A stretch of 64,000 nucleotides of DNA from an uncultured Candidatus Saccharibacteria bacterium (lineage in GTDB: Bacteria > Patescibacteriota > Minisyncoccia > Phycocordibacterales > UBA9973), in the NCBI GenBank assembly GCA_964639185.1, contig CAZXCN010000003.1, positions 14,059 through 78,058 of the forward strand, in the 5' to 3' direction. Below, one piece after another: positions 1-9,463 of this stretch. The position numbers were made by a program, and so were the translations under genes. Position 1 is the stretch's first letter. Every line of letters begins with the position of its first letter. The notes beneath the pieces were generated by a model, which was not told the DNA's origin, made no database searches, and saw only the letters and a list, made by a program, of their open reading frames with translations.

Positions 1-908
1 TCACTGTTGTGATATTCAACATTCATATTAATATCCTCTACTCCATGTACTGTCAGAGTACTAGTACCTATACCGTCTATTTTTACACCAAGTTTCTCCA
101 GAAAGAAACATATTTCCTGTACCATATAATTTGCACTAGCGAAATTGATTACAGTTTTACCTGGTATCTTACTAGCTGTTGTTAAGACATTTTCACATGC
201 AGTGTCACCAGCCTCATACATTACTAGGCTTGTTGCTTTTGGGTTTTTAGAAGTAATAATATAATTTTCATTTGTAGTTTTGATTTTTATTCCTAAATCT
301 TCCAGTGCATATATATGTGCTGCTATTGTGCGCTTACCGAGCTTGCATCCAGATGCATGTGGTAAAGAAAATGTAGGTAGTAAATGTACTAATGGGCCAA
401 TAAGCATGATTATTGATCGAGTACGGATAGCAGACTCTACATTTATATTGTCTAGATTAAATTTCTTCGGAGGTGTTATCTCGACAGTATTTTGTGCGGT
501 CCATACAACTTTAACTCCAATACTTTCTAATATTTCTATGACCCGATATACCTCTTCGATACGAGCAATGCCATGCAATGTTGTTTTACCTCGGTTCAAT
601 AATGATGCACACAATAGACCTACTGATCCATTCTTTGAATAGTTGGTTTTTATGCTACCTTGTAATTTTCTACCACCCTCTATCTGAAAGTCTATAGAAT
701 TATTTATTGAAACTATCTGATGGCCTAATACATCACCTATTTTACTAAGTATATCGGTGCTAAAATTCTGTTCACCCTTTTCCATACGAGCAACAGCGCT
801 TTGTGAAGTACCTAATGCTTTGGCAAAAGCGCCTTGTGTCAGACCTTTGTGTTCGCGTAATTCTTTTATAAAATAAGCTATTTTTTGCTGATCGGATTGT
901 TTTTTCAT
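1..908 (-). CDS. murA: XRE-type HTH fused to UDP-N-acetylglucosamine 1-carboxyvinyltransferase (runs off window start)
   Basis: Manual translation: MKKQSDQQKIAYFIKELREHKGLTQGAFAKALGTSQSAVARMEKG (HTH_3-like), then FQIEGGRKLQG..SKN and SGCKLGKR (catalytic Cys loop). Absent from the ORF track because it is truncated. Confidence 0.9.
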   Translation of the reverse strand, partial: MKKQSDQQKIAYFIKELREHKGLTQGAFAKALGTSQSAVARMEKGEQNFSTDILSKIGDVLGHQIVSINNSIDFQIEGGRKLQGSIKTNYSKNGSVGLLCASLLNRGKTTLHGIARIEEVYRVIEILESIGVKVVWTAQNTVEITPPKKFNLDNINVESAIRTRSIIMLIGPLVHLLPTFSLPHASGCKLGKRTIAAHIYALEDLGIKIKTTNENYIITSKNPKATSLVMYEAGDTACENVLTTASKIPGKTVINFASANYMVQEICFFLEKLGVKIDGIGTSTLTVHGVEDINMNVEYHNS

Positions 909-915
909 AATTGGC

Positions 916-939
916 ATTATATATCATATATGATATAAT
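916..939. promoter_or_regulatory. Back-to-back -10 boxes for murA and murB with an 18-bp palindrome
   Basis: TATAAT on minus at 921-916 and on plus at 934-939; perfect palindrome TATATCATATATGATATA at 920-937. Confidence 0.65.
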
Positions 940-945
940 TGCAAT

Positions 946-2025
946 ATGGACAAGTTTATAGACATATCACTGTATACAACATTCAAGCTCGCTTCATATG
1001 CGGGGGAACTTGTGGTTTTTAAAGGTGGTGATGTAAAAAATATTATAGGTTCTATAAATAAAGATAATAATAAAATTTTTGTGCTAGGTGGTGGGTCCAA
1101 TATTATATTGCCGAATGATATGACAAATTTTAGTATTTTAAAAATAGAAAATAAAGGCATTGAAAAATTAAATGACCCCGAAGGAAAGAATACTTCCAAC
1201 GGGGCAGGAGATGATGTTTTTATTAGAGTTGCTGCAGGAGAGGTGTGGGATGATGTGGTGCAGTATGCTGTTGATAATAATTATTCAGGTATTGAAGCTT
1301 TGTCGGCGATCCCTGGAACAGCAGGCGCTACACCTGTACAAAATGTAGGTGCTTATGGGCAGGAAATCAAAGATGTATTGGTATCTATCGATGCATATGA
1401 CACACAAGCTGGCGAGATGGTTAGTATTACAAATACCGAATGCGAATTTAGTTATCGTATGAGTCGGTTTAAAAAGGACTGGAAGGGTAGATACATAATT
1501 ACACATATAATACTAAAGCTTTCAAAGAATCAACCAAAATTACCAGACTACCCAGGTGTAAAAAAATATTTTGAAAACAAAATACTCAGCCAGCCGTCCG
1601 ACGGCTATCTGGGTCCTAGCTTGCAGGAAATTCGTGATGCTATTATTGAAATACGCTGGTCAAAATTACCAAAACCTGAAGAAATTCCTAATTGTGGATC
1701 ATTCTTTGAGAATCCGATAGTAGATAAAAGTATTGCGGATAAAATAAAACAAGATTATCCGAACATGCCAACATTTCACGTCTCCGCTAGGAAAGACCTA
1801 GCGGAAGAGTTAGTAAAGATACCTGCTGGCTGGCTGATAGAAAATTCCGGACTCAAAGGCGCAGATTTTGGTACTGTAGGTACTTATGAAAAGAATGCTC
1901 TGGTATTGATAAACCTAGGCTCTGCAACTCAGGATGATGTAATCAGTGCTCGTGATCAGATAATCAGTGCTGTTTATGAAAAGTTTGGAATAACTCTTGA
2001 ATCGGAACCGGAGATAGTTAAATAA
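946..2025 (+). CDS. murB: UDP-N-acetylenolpyruvoylglucosamine reductase
   Basis: GGGSN, IPGTAGATPVQNVGAYG, FSYRMS, NCGSFFENP, LESEP motifs. Confidence 0.95.
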   Translation: MDKFIDISLYTTFKLASYAGELVVFKGGDVKNIIGSINKDNNKIFVLGGGSNIILPNDMTNFSILKIENKGIEKLNDPEGKNTSNGAGDDVFIRVAAGEVWDDVVQYAVDNNYSGIEALSAIPGTAGATPVQNVGAYGQEIKDVLVSIDAYDTQAGEMVSITNTECEFSYRMSRFKKDWKGRYIITHIILKLSKNQPKLPDYPGVKKYFENKILSQPSDGYLGPSLQEIRDAIIEIRWSKLPKPEEIPNCGSFFENPIVDKSIADKIKQDYPNMPTFHVSARKDLAEELVKIPAGWLIENSGLKGADFGTVGTYEKNALVLINLGSATQDDVISARDQIISAVYEKFGITLESEPEIVK

Positions 2026-2047
2026 AGATGGCTTGGCCACGAATACA

Positions 2048-2103
2048 CTCCGGCACAATAATAAAATCCCCTATTTATAGGGGATTTTATTATTGTGCCG
2101 GAG
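2048..2103. terminator. Long inverted repeat, probable bidirectional terminator, that includes the tRNA-Leu 3' end
   Basis: CTCCGGCACAATAATAAAATCCCCTA / TAGGGGATTTTATTATTGTGCCGGAG perfect arms between convergent murB and tRNA-Leu. Confidence 0.7.
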
Positions 2104-2177
2104 AAGGGACTTGAACCCTTAACCCTTGCGAGACACGATTTTGAGTCGTGCGCGTATACCAATTCCGCCACTCCGGC
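2096..2177 (-). tRNA. tRNA-Leu(CAA)
   Basis: GCCGGAG acceptor, TGGCGGAATTGG D-arm, CACGA-CTCAAAA-TCGTG anticodon arm, long variable arm, GTTCAAGTC T-loop; CCA not encoded. Confidence 0.95.
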
Positions 2178-2253
2178 GAGTAAGGATAGTATACTAAAAT
2201 ATGGCAAAAAATCAATTTTTGGTTATGTAAAATTTTTATGTTAAAATATCCTC

Positions 2254-3264
2254 ATGTCACAATTATACAGTAACTCAATATTTTGGATTGATGTAGATAA
2301 GATCAAGCCAAACCCATATCAGCCACGCCGTGAATTCGATGAAGCTCGATTAAAAGATTTATCCAGTTCTATTCGCCAATATGGTATCCTTCAACCTCTA
2401 ACAGTATCACGTAATGAAGTTATAAAAGATGATGGGGGAATTGCTGTTGAATATGAATTAATAGCCGGTGAGCGCCGACTACGTGCTTCAAAGTTGGCTG
2501 GATTGCGTGAAGTACCTGTAGTAATACGTGTCGGGGATGATAGTATGGCTAAATTGGAACTTGCTATTATAGAGAATTTACAACGCGAAGATTTGAATGC
2601 TGTTGAGCGCGCTCGTGCATTTATGAAACTTGCTGAAGAATTCAAATTTACTCATGCACAAATAGGTTTAAAAGTAGGCAAGAGTCGTGAATATGTTTCT
2701 AATACTTTGCGCTTGCTAGCTTTACCTCAAGAAGTTCTGGATGCCCTATCACAAGGCAAAATTACAGAAGGTCATACTCGTCCAATACTTATGCTTTCTG
2801 ATAGACCTGAAGAGCAGATGGTTCTATTTAAAGAGATAATGTTTAAAAAGATCAATGTTCGTGATGCTGAAAAAATGGCACGTCGTGTTGCAACTGATCG
2901 AGTTCGCAAGAAGGAATACATGCCAGATCCAGAAATGTCTGCTATAGAGGAACGTCTTCAAGAGACTCTGGGTACTCGTGTACATATCGAACGTGGAGAA
3001 GTTGGCGGTCAGATCACTATTGATTTCTTTTCTAACGAAGACCTAGAAACTATATTAGAAATAATAAAGACAAATAATGTTGCTGAAAAACATGCAATGT
3101 TAAAGAAGTATGAAGCTAGTCAAATGACTGCAAATACAGAAAAACCAATAGAGTCAAAGGAAGATATTTTCGACAATGCACCTATCGATGACCGTACTAA
3201 AGATGAAATCCAAAAATCTGAAGAAGAAGCTGACCTATATAATATAAGTAAATTCTCTTTATAA
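2254..3264 (+). CDS. parB: ParB/Spo0J chromosome partitioning protein
   Basis: PNPYQPRREF, GILQPL, IAGERRLRA, IIENLQREDL, HTH. Confidence 0.93.
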   Translation: MSQLYSNSIFWIDVDKIKPNPYQPRREFDEARLKDLSSSIRQYGILQPLTVSRNEVIKDDGGIAVEYELIAGERRLRASKLAGLREVPVVIRVGDDSMAKLELAIIENLQREDLNAVERARAFMKLAEEFKFTHAQIGLKVGKSREYVSNTLRLLALPQEVLDALSQGKITEGHTRPILMLSDRPEEQMVLFKEIMFKKINVRDAEKMARRVATDRVRKKEYMPDPEMSAIEERLQETLGTRVHIERGEVGGQITIDFFSNEDLETILEIIKTNNVAEKHAMLKKYEASQMTANTEKPIESKEDIFDNAPIDDRTKDEIQKSEEEADLYNISKFSL

Positions 3265-3267
3265 AAT

Positions 3268-4758
3268 TTAGAATCCAGTATAAGAACGCAAGCGTGATAG
3301 TAGACTATTTTCTTTTAGGTAAGCATTAATATACTTTTTAGCCATACTTGTTTTTACATTATCGATCCACTTGCTGGATGGATTAGACTTTTTATTTACT
3401 ACTATTTCCACGATGTCATTATTGTGAAGTTTAGTGAATAGTGTGGTCATCTTGCTATTTATCTTTGCGCTTTGGGCATGATTACCAATATCTGAGTGTA
3501 TTGCATAAGCAAAGTCGATAACTGTTGAGTCTTCTGGTAGATCTACGACATCACCTTTTGGTGTTAGGACGAATATTCTATCTTTAAAAAGATCCATCTT
3601 TAGATGCTCTAAGAACTTTTCAGGATTTATCTTCTTTTCCTCCAATCCCTTCAATTCTTCTAGCCATTCAAGATTCTTTGAGCTAGGAGTGTTGTCATCA
3701 GTAGAAGCTTTTTTATTTCTTCTATTACTTTCTTCTTTATATATAAAATGTGCTGCAACACCATAGGCAGCTTCAGCATGCATTTCTGTGGTGCGTATTT
3801 GGATCTCGACTATACCACCATTACCTGTAAAGATTGTAGTGTGTAGACTTCGATAACCATTTGGCTTTGGCATGGCTATATAGTCTTTTATGCGCCCTGG
3901 CATTGGTCGCCACAGCATATGTATGAGCCCAAGTGTTCGATAACAATCCTCGATGTCTTTTACTATTACTCGTATGGCAACAATATCATATATTTTATCG
4001 ATATCCATTTCATAGCGCTTTAATTTCTGCCATAGACTATATTTATGTTTCTCTCGTTCATCTATCTCAATGAATTTTATATTATTCTTTTCCAATTCTT
4101 CTTTTAAGGTTTCTGATACTATCTCTAACTCTTCATTGTTTGAAGTAGACTTTTCTTTTAAAAGATCTTCAACTTTTGCATAATCTTCTGGAAATACATA
4201 AGGGAAAGCTGCGTCTTCAAGAGCACCTTTTAACTTACCCATACCGATACGATCAGCAAGGCGGGCATGTATTTGGATAGTTTCGAGTGCTATGCGATAA
4301 CGTTTGTCTTCGCGTACGTGTTGGAGTGTTCGGACATTGTGTAGTCTGTCTGCAAGCTTGATAATCAATACTCGCAAATCTTCGGCCACAGCCATGAAGA
4401 ATTTACGTAGACTTTCAACATGACGTTCTGCTCCACGGTATTTTAATTTACCCAGTTTAGTAACACCTTTTACTAGACGAACTATTTCTTCACCAAACTT
4501 TTTTTGCATCTCTTCTTCGGGGATTTCTGTATCTTCGAGTGTATCGTGTAGTAGGCCTGCTACTATAGTACTAGCATCCATACCTAAGCCCGCCAATATT
4601 TTGGCAGTTTCAAATACATGTATAAAGTAAGGTTCACCACTATTACGCAGTTGACCTTCGTGGGCACTCATAGCAAAATCGTAAGCTTTCTGTATCAAGA
4701 CTTTGTCAGCCTTGTTTAGCTTGTGAGCTTGTTCAAATATTTCATTGATATCTGGCAT
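3268..4758 (-). CDS. rel: RelA/SpoT (p)ppGpp synthetase/hydrolase, HD-SYN-TGS, no ACT domain
   Basis: HEGQLRNSGEPY, LLHDTLED, KLADRLHN, KPNGYRSLHT, EIQIRT, DFAYAIHS. Confidence 0.92.
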   Translation of the reverse strand: MPDINEIFEQAHKLNKADKVLIQKAYDFAMSAHEGQLRNSGEPYFIHVFETAKILAGLGMDASTIVAGLLHDTLEDTEIPEEEMQKKFGEEIVRLVKGVTKLGKLKYRGAERHVESLRKFFMAVAEDLRVLIIKLADRLHNVRTLQHVREDKRYRIALETIQIHARLADRIGMGKLKGALEDAAFPYVFPEDYAKVEDLLKEKSTSNNEELEIVSETLKEELEKNNIKFIEIDEREKHKYSLWQKLKRYEMDIDKIYDIVAIRVIVKDIEDCYRTLGLIHMLWRPMPGRIKDYIAMPKPNGYRSLHTTIFTGNGGIVEIQIRTTEMHAEAAYGVAAHFIYKEESNRRNKKASTDDNTPSSKNLEWLEELKGLEEKKINPEKFLEHLKMDLFKDRIFVLTPKGDVVDLPEDSTVIDFAYAIHSDIGNHAQSAKINSKMTTLFTKLHNNDIVEIVVNKKSNPSSKWIDNVKTSMAKKYINAYLKENSLLSRLRSYTGF

Positions 4759-4797
4759 ATATTAAGTATACATCATTGATAAAATATCGGAAATAAA

Positions 4798-7068
4798 TTA
4801 TTTCTTGTTGTTTACTAGATTGTCGTCTAATTTATGAGGGTTGTGATTTTTACACATTTTATTTGAACAGCGTTCGGGTATTGTTTTAGTACCTTCCATC
4901 ATTAATGATTGGCAATATTGGCATATATTGCCTGTCGGTTTTGCTTTAATTGCATTTTTACAGTCTGGGTAATTTGAACAGGAATAGAATATTCCAAATC
5001 TTCCTCGGCGTTCCATCATTTTTCCAGCATTACAAACAGGGCAAGTGACTGTAGTCATTTTCTTTTTTAATTCCTCCTCATCTTCTTCTATGTATTTACA
5101 TTTTGGATATCTTGAGCAAGATATAAATGACCCAAATTTACCTTCGCGTAATACTAGGCGACCGAGTTCAACTACCTTTGTGCTCTTCCTCTTTTTTCTA
5201 CCATTTTTATCAAGGCCAGAATCTTCTACAGCCGTTCCACATTTGGGGCATGGTCTACCTAAATCTTTTGGCCCTTCCAATTCCTTACCTTCTAGATTGC
5301 GAGCACCAATACAATCGGGATATTTTTCACATGAATAGAATTTACCATTACGAGCAAGCTTTACTATCATGGGGCCATTACACTTTGGGCATAGCATATC
5401 ATCGGGTGCATCACCCATATTTGTTGCTTTGGCTAATTTATCTTTCTCTTTCAATTCTTTTTGGAAAGGTAAGTAGAAATCTTTTAAAGTTTTTTCGTAT
5501 TCACGATCACCGTTGGAAATATCATCGAGCTTGTCCTCCATATCGGCGGTAAATGTATCTGATATATATTCAGCAAAGTTGTCTTCTAAGAAGCTTGATA
5601 CAACATCACCAGTGTCAGTGGGGAATAGTGTGCGACCTTCTTTGTTTACATATCCGCGTTCTTCTATAGTACGCATAATAGATGCGTATGTAGATGGGCG
5701 CCCGATACCACGTGCTTCGAGTTCTTTGACCAATCCAGCTTCAGTGTATCTGCCGGGTGGTACAGTTGCCTTTTCGATATCTTTTAATTCAAGCAATTTT
5801 AATTCTTGCCCAATTTCCATTTCAGGTAGTTCTACATCTTCACCACGAGCATCGGTGTCGACTGCAAGCCATCCAGGAAATAATACACGGGAACCATTGG
5901 CAGTAAAGTCAGGGATAGAGCCTGCCTTTATATTTGCTACTATCTTTGTTTTCATTAATTTTGCATCTGCCATTTGGCTTGATACAACTCTGTCCCATAT
6001 TAATTTGTATAACCTCTTTTGTTCTTCATTGTTACCTGCATTCATTGATTCAAAATGTGTTGGACGGATAGCTTCGTGAGCTTCTTGGGCATTCTTTGAT
6101 TTGGTTTTGTATGTATGAGCTTCAGCATAATCTTTGCCGTATTTCTTTGTTACTACTTCCAAGATTTGCTTTGTTGCTACGGCTGATATATTTGTACTGT
6201 CTGTACGCATGTATGTAATATGTCCGGCTTCATACAATTTCTGTGCGACTTGCATAGTGCGTGAAGGGGAGAATCCAAGGCGTGATGACGCTACCTGTTG
6301 CAGTGTACTTGTTGTAAATGGTGCACGGGGTGAACGCTTCTGCTCACTCGCTTTCAAGTCAGTGATGTACCACTTATTTGTATTGCCAAGTTCTAGTATA
6401 TTGTCGACAACTTTTTTATCGCGAGGTTCGTCCACGCATGATAATAATAATTTATCTTTTTTATTTGTTTCAAATAATCCTTCTAGTATCCAATATTGTT
6501 CGGGTATAAATGCACGTATCTCGCGTTCACGCTCCATAATTATACGAAGTGCAGGGGACTGTACTCGGCCAGCACTCAGACCATAGCGTACCTTTTTCCA
6601 TATTATTCCAGACAAATCATAACCTACCAGACGATCCAATATGCGTCGGGCCTCTTGGGCGCGACGCAGATTTGTATCGATTTTCCTCGGGCTTTTCAAA
6701 GCCTCCTCTACTGCTTCCTTTGTTATTTCGTGGAAAGTCACTCTTTGAATAGGGGCTTTGACTTTTTTATCTTCTTTTAGTAACTCCTCAATATGCCAGG
6801 CGATGGCTTCACCTTCACGGTCCGGGTCGGTTGCAAGCATTATTTCTTTTGCTTTTTCAGCTAGGTGTTGTAATTCATTTACAACTTTTTCTTTACCTTT
6901 TGATATTTCATAATGCGGAATAAAGCCACCGGGTATGTCGATAGCTTTTTTATTAGATTTTGGTAAATCACGCACATGACCCACAGATGCACGTACTGTA
7001 TATGCACCATCGAGGTATTTTTCAATAGTCTTTGCTTTGCTTGGTGATTCAACAATCAGTAATTTCAT
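4798..7068 (-). CDS. topA: DNA topoisomerase I with C-terminal Zn ribbons
   Basis: IVESPSKAKTI, DPDREGE, SAGRVQ, ITYMRTDS, repeated C4 zinc fingers. Confidence 0.96.
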   Translation of the reverse strand: MKLLIVESPSKAKTIEKYLDGAYTVRASVGHVRDLPKSNKKAIDIPGGFIPHYEISKGKEKVVNELQHLAEKAKEIMLATDPDREGEAIAWHIEELLKEDKKVKAPIQRVTFHEITKEAVEEALKSPRKIDTNLRRAQEARRILDRLVGYDLSGIIWKKVRYGLSAGRVQSPALRIIMEREREIRAFIPEQYWILEGLFETNKKDKLLLSCVDEPRDKKVVDNILELGNTNKWYITDLKASEQKRSPRAPFTTSTLQQVASSRLGFSPSRTMQVAQKLYEAGHITYMRTDSTNISAVATKQILEVVTKKYGKDYAEAHTYKTKSKNAQEAHEAIRPTHFESMNAGNNEEQKRLYKLIWDRVVSSQMADAKLMKTKIVANIKAGSIPDFTANGSRVLFPGWLAVDTDARGEDVELPEMEIGQELKLLELKDIEKATVPPGRYTEAGLVKELEARGIGRPSTYASIMRTIEERGYVNKEGRTLFPTDTGDVVSSFLEDNFAEYISDTFTADMEDKLDDISNGDREYEKTLKDFYLPFQKELKEKDKLAKATNMGDAPDDMLCPKCNGPMIVKLARNGKFYSCEKYPDCIGARNLEGKELEGPKDLGRPCPKCGTAVEDSGLDKNGRKKRKSTKVVELGRLVLREGKFGSFISCSRYPKCKYIEEDEEELKKKMTTVTCPVCNAGKMMERRGRFGIFYSCSNYPDCKNAIKAKPTGNICQYCQSLMMEGTKTIPERCSNKMCKNHNPHKLDDNLVNNKK

Positions 7069-7126
7069 AAACAACAGTATTACACGAAAGTAAATATTTT
7101 TGCAAATTTTGATATAAAAATATTTT

Positions 7127-7990
7127 TTATATCCTTTTTATTTCCCCGTATTCTTCTTTTATTAAATCTTTGATTTCCATTATTGAAAGTAGGGCGCCGG
7201 CGCGGGAGGTATCCATACCACTTGCACGGATCAATTCATCGCGCTCCATCGGCTCGATGAGTAGATTTATTATTATCATTTCGTCTTTTCCGCAGTCGGC
7301 GTATTTTTGTTTGTCGGTCTGCATGGGCTTTTCTATATCAAATCCAAGTGCATCGAGTAATTCGTCAGTATTGGTAATAGGTGTGGCGCCTTGGCGAATG
7401 AGGTTATTAGTACCTTTGGAATTTGGTGACAATGCCGACCCAGGCACTACTAATACATCGCGATTGTAATCCACTGCCATGCGTGCAGTAATTAATGTGC
7501 CAGATTTTTCCTGAGCTTCGATTATTAATACAGCACGAGATATCCCAGCCATTAATCGGTTGCGTTGGGGGAATGAATATAGTTGCGACTTTTCATCTGG
7601 TAACATTTCAGATATTAGGCATCCACCTGCATCTACTATTTCTTGGGCAAGTTTTATATTGGACCGTGGGTATAAAGCATTGTTGTCGAGCCCCGACCCA
7701 GGCATAGAAAGGGTAATGAGTCCTGCACGTAATGCAGCACGGTGGGCTATAGTGTCGATACCAAGTGCCAAGCCCGATACTATTACAACAGGGTAGCCTT
7801 TTAATCCAGCGATTAATTTCTCGCATATTTCTTTACCATACGAGGTAAAGTTGCGTGAGCCAACAACGGCTAGATACACATAATCTTGCGGAGGTAATTC
7901 ACCCCTACGGAAAAGTTGTTTAGGAGGTTGTGGAATCTCGAGTAGTGGCTTTGGAAACTCTTCAATTTTTAGTTTGACGATATCTTCCAT
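7127..7990 (-). CDS. dprA: DNA processing protein DprA
   Basis: AVVGSR, VSGLALGID, FPQRNRLMAG, SGTLITA; classic dprA-topA pairing. Start taken at MEDIV. Confidence 0.93.
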   Translation of the reverse strand: MEDIVKLKIEEFPKPLLEIPQPPKQLFRRGELPPQDYVYLAVVGSRNFTSYGKEICEKLIAGLKGYPVVIVSGLALGIDTIAHRAALRAGLITLSMPGSGLDNNALYPRSNIKLAQEIVDAGGCLISEMLPDEKSQLYSFPQRNRLMAGISRAVLIIEAQEKSGTLITARMAVDYNRDVLVVPGSALSPNSKGTNNLIRQGATPITNTDELLDALGFDIEKPMQTDKQKYADCGKDEMIIINLLIEPMERDELIRASGMDTSRAGALLSIMEIKDLIKEEYGEIKRI

Positions 7991-8004
7991 ATTATTTACG
8001 TTTC

Positions 8005-8097
8005 GCAAGTATATTAAAATTTTCTTCGCTTATCCCTCTTCGCTCGTTCCTCGCTACGGCGCGCCCACACCTACTCAGAAAATTTTAATATACTTGC
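8005..8097. repeat. Palindromic element with 21-bp perfect arms and a CGCT-rich core
   Basis: GCAAGTATATTAAAATTTTCT ... AGAAAATTTTAATATACTTGC around TTCGCTCGTTCCTCGCT. Confidence 0.8.
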
Positions 8098-8140
8098 TTC
8101 ACTATTTGTTTATTATACCATTTTTGGTTATACTAGCTGT

Positions 8141-9448
8141 ATGTTAGACATTAAATTCATCAGGGAAAATACCGATATAGTAAAAGCAGGCATAAAGAAT
8201 AAAAATTCAGATATAGATATTGATTTATTGATAAAACTTGACGATAGGCGTCTGGCTGTATTAAAGATGACCGAGGATCTACGTGCCGAGCAGAATAGGA
8301 TGAATGCTTCTATTTCAATAGAAAAAGATTCTTCAAAAAGGGAACAGATGATAGAGGAAATGCGTTTGGTAAAAGACGATTTTAAAAAAGGGGAAGAAGA
8401 GCTTCGTGAGGTGATGTCACAATGGCAAGGATTAATGTTGAAAATACCAAATATCCCATCTGTAGATACACCTGTGGCTCCTGATGAGAGTGGTAATATG
8501 GTTATAAGGCAATGGGGAGAAAAGCCACAATTTAATTTTACACCAAAGGAGCATTTTGAAATTGGTAAAAAATTAGGCTTGATAGATACTGAAACAGCAG
8601 CCGAAGTAGCATCCTCACGATTTTCATATTTAAAAGGTGATCTTGTTATGATGCAATTTGCACTCATTCAAATGTGTTTAGGTATTTTAACTAATAAGGA
8701 AACATTACAAAAAATTGCTGATGAAGCTGGTATATCTATTAGCGTAGACAGCTTTATGCCTGTGATACCACCAGTATTTATTCGCCCGATAGTTCAGGTA
8801 AAGATGGCGCGCATGATGGCACCAGAGGATCATTATATGTTTCCTGATGATGATTTGATGCTTATTGGTAGTGCCGAACACACACTTGGTTCTATGCATA
8901 TGAATAAAATATTTGAAGAAAATGAATTGCCAATACGTTATGCTGGATACTCTACAGCTTTTAGACGTGAGGCTGGTACTGCTGGCAAGGATACAAATGG
9001 AATATTACGTCAGCATCAATTCGATAAATTAGAGATGGAAGTTTTTTCATTACCAGAGAATTCTATCCAGGAGCACAATTTCCTAGTAGCTATTCAGGAG
9101 CATGTTTTGAAAACTTTAAATCTACCTTATCAAGTTGTGTCTGTTTGTACTGGTGATATGGGCTTTCCTGACACAAGGCAAATAGATATTGAAACTTGGA
9201 TGCCAGGCCAAAATATATATAGGGAAACTCATAGTGCTGATGCAACTGGTGGATTCCAAGCTCGTAGATTAAATACTCGTGTACGTCGTGCCGATGGTAG
9301 GATCGAGCCCGTACATATGACCGATGCTACTGTTGTAGCTATTGGCCGAACTTTGATAGGTATAATCGAGAATTATCAGCAAGAAGATGGCAGTATTCGT
9401 GTACCGGAAGCTTTGCAAAAATATTTAGGTAAAGATTTTATTAAATAA
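8141..9448 (+). CDS. serS: Seryl-tRNA synthetase
   Basis: MLDIKFIREN, N-terminal coiled coil, FRREAG, RQHQFDKLE, DIETWMP. Confidence 0.96.
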   Translation: MLDIKFIRENTDIVKAGIKNKNSDIDIDLLIKLDDRRLAVLKMTEDLRAEQNRMNASISIEKDSSKREQMIEEMRLVKDDFKKGEEELREVMSQWQGLMLKIPNIPSVDTPVAPDESGNMVIRQWGEKPQFNFTPKEHFEIGKKLGLIDTETAAEVASSRFSYLKGDLVMMQFALIQMCLGILTNKETLQKIADEAGISISVDSFMPVIPPVFIRPIVQVKMARMMAPEDHYMFPDDDLMLIGSAEHTLGSMHMNKIFEENELPIRYAGYSTAFRREAGTAGKDTNGILRQHQFDKLEMEVFSLPENSIQEHNFLVAIQEHVLKTLNLPYQVVSVCTGDMGFPDTRQIDIETWMPGQNIYRETHSADATGGFQARRLNTRVRRADGRIEPVHMTDATVVAIGRTLIGIIENYQQEDGSIRVPEALQKYLGKDFIK

Positions 9449-9463
9449 TAGAATAAGTTATTC

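Noticed and set aside
2254-3264. parB as a plasmid or ICE marker
   Set aside because: Chromosomal Spo0J-type sequence amid core genes; no parA, rep or parS seen in the window.
5045-6780. Long antisense ORFs in topA (also within serS, rsmH, obg, atpA)
   Set aside because: Shadow frames of well-supported genes.
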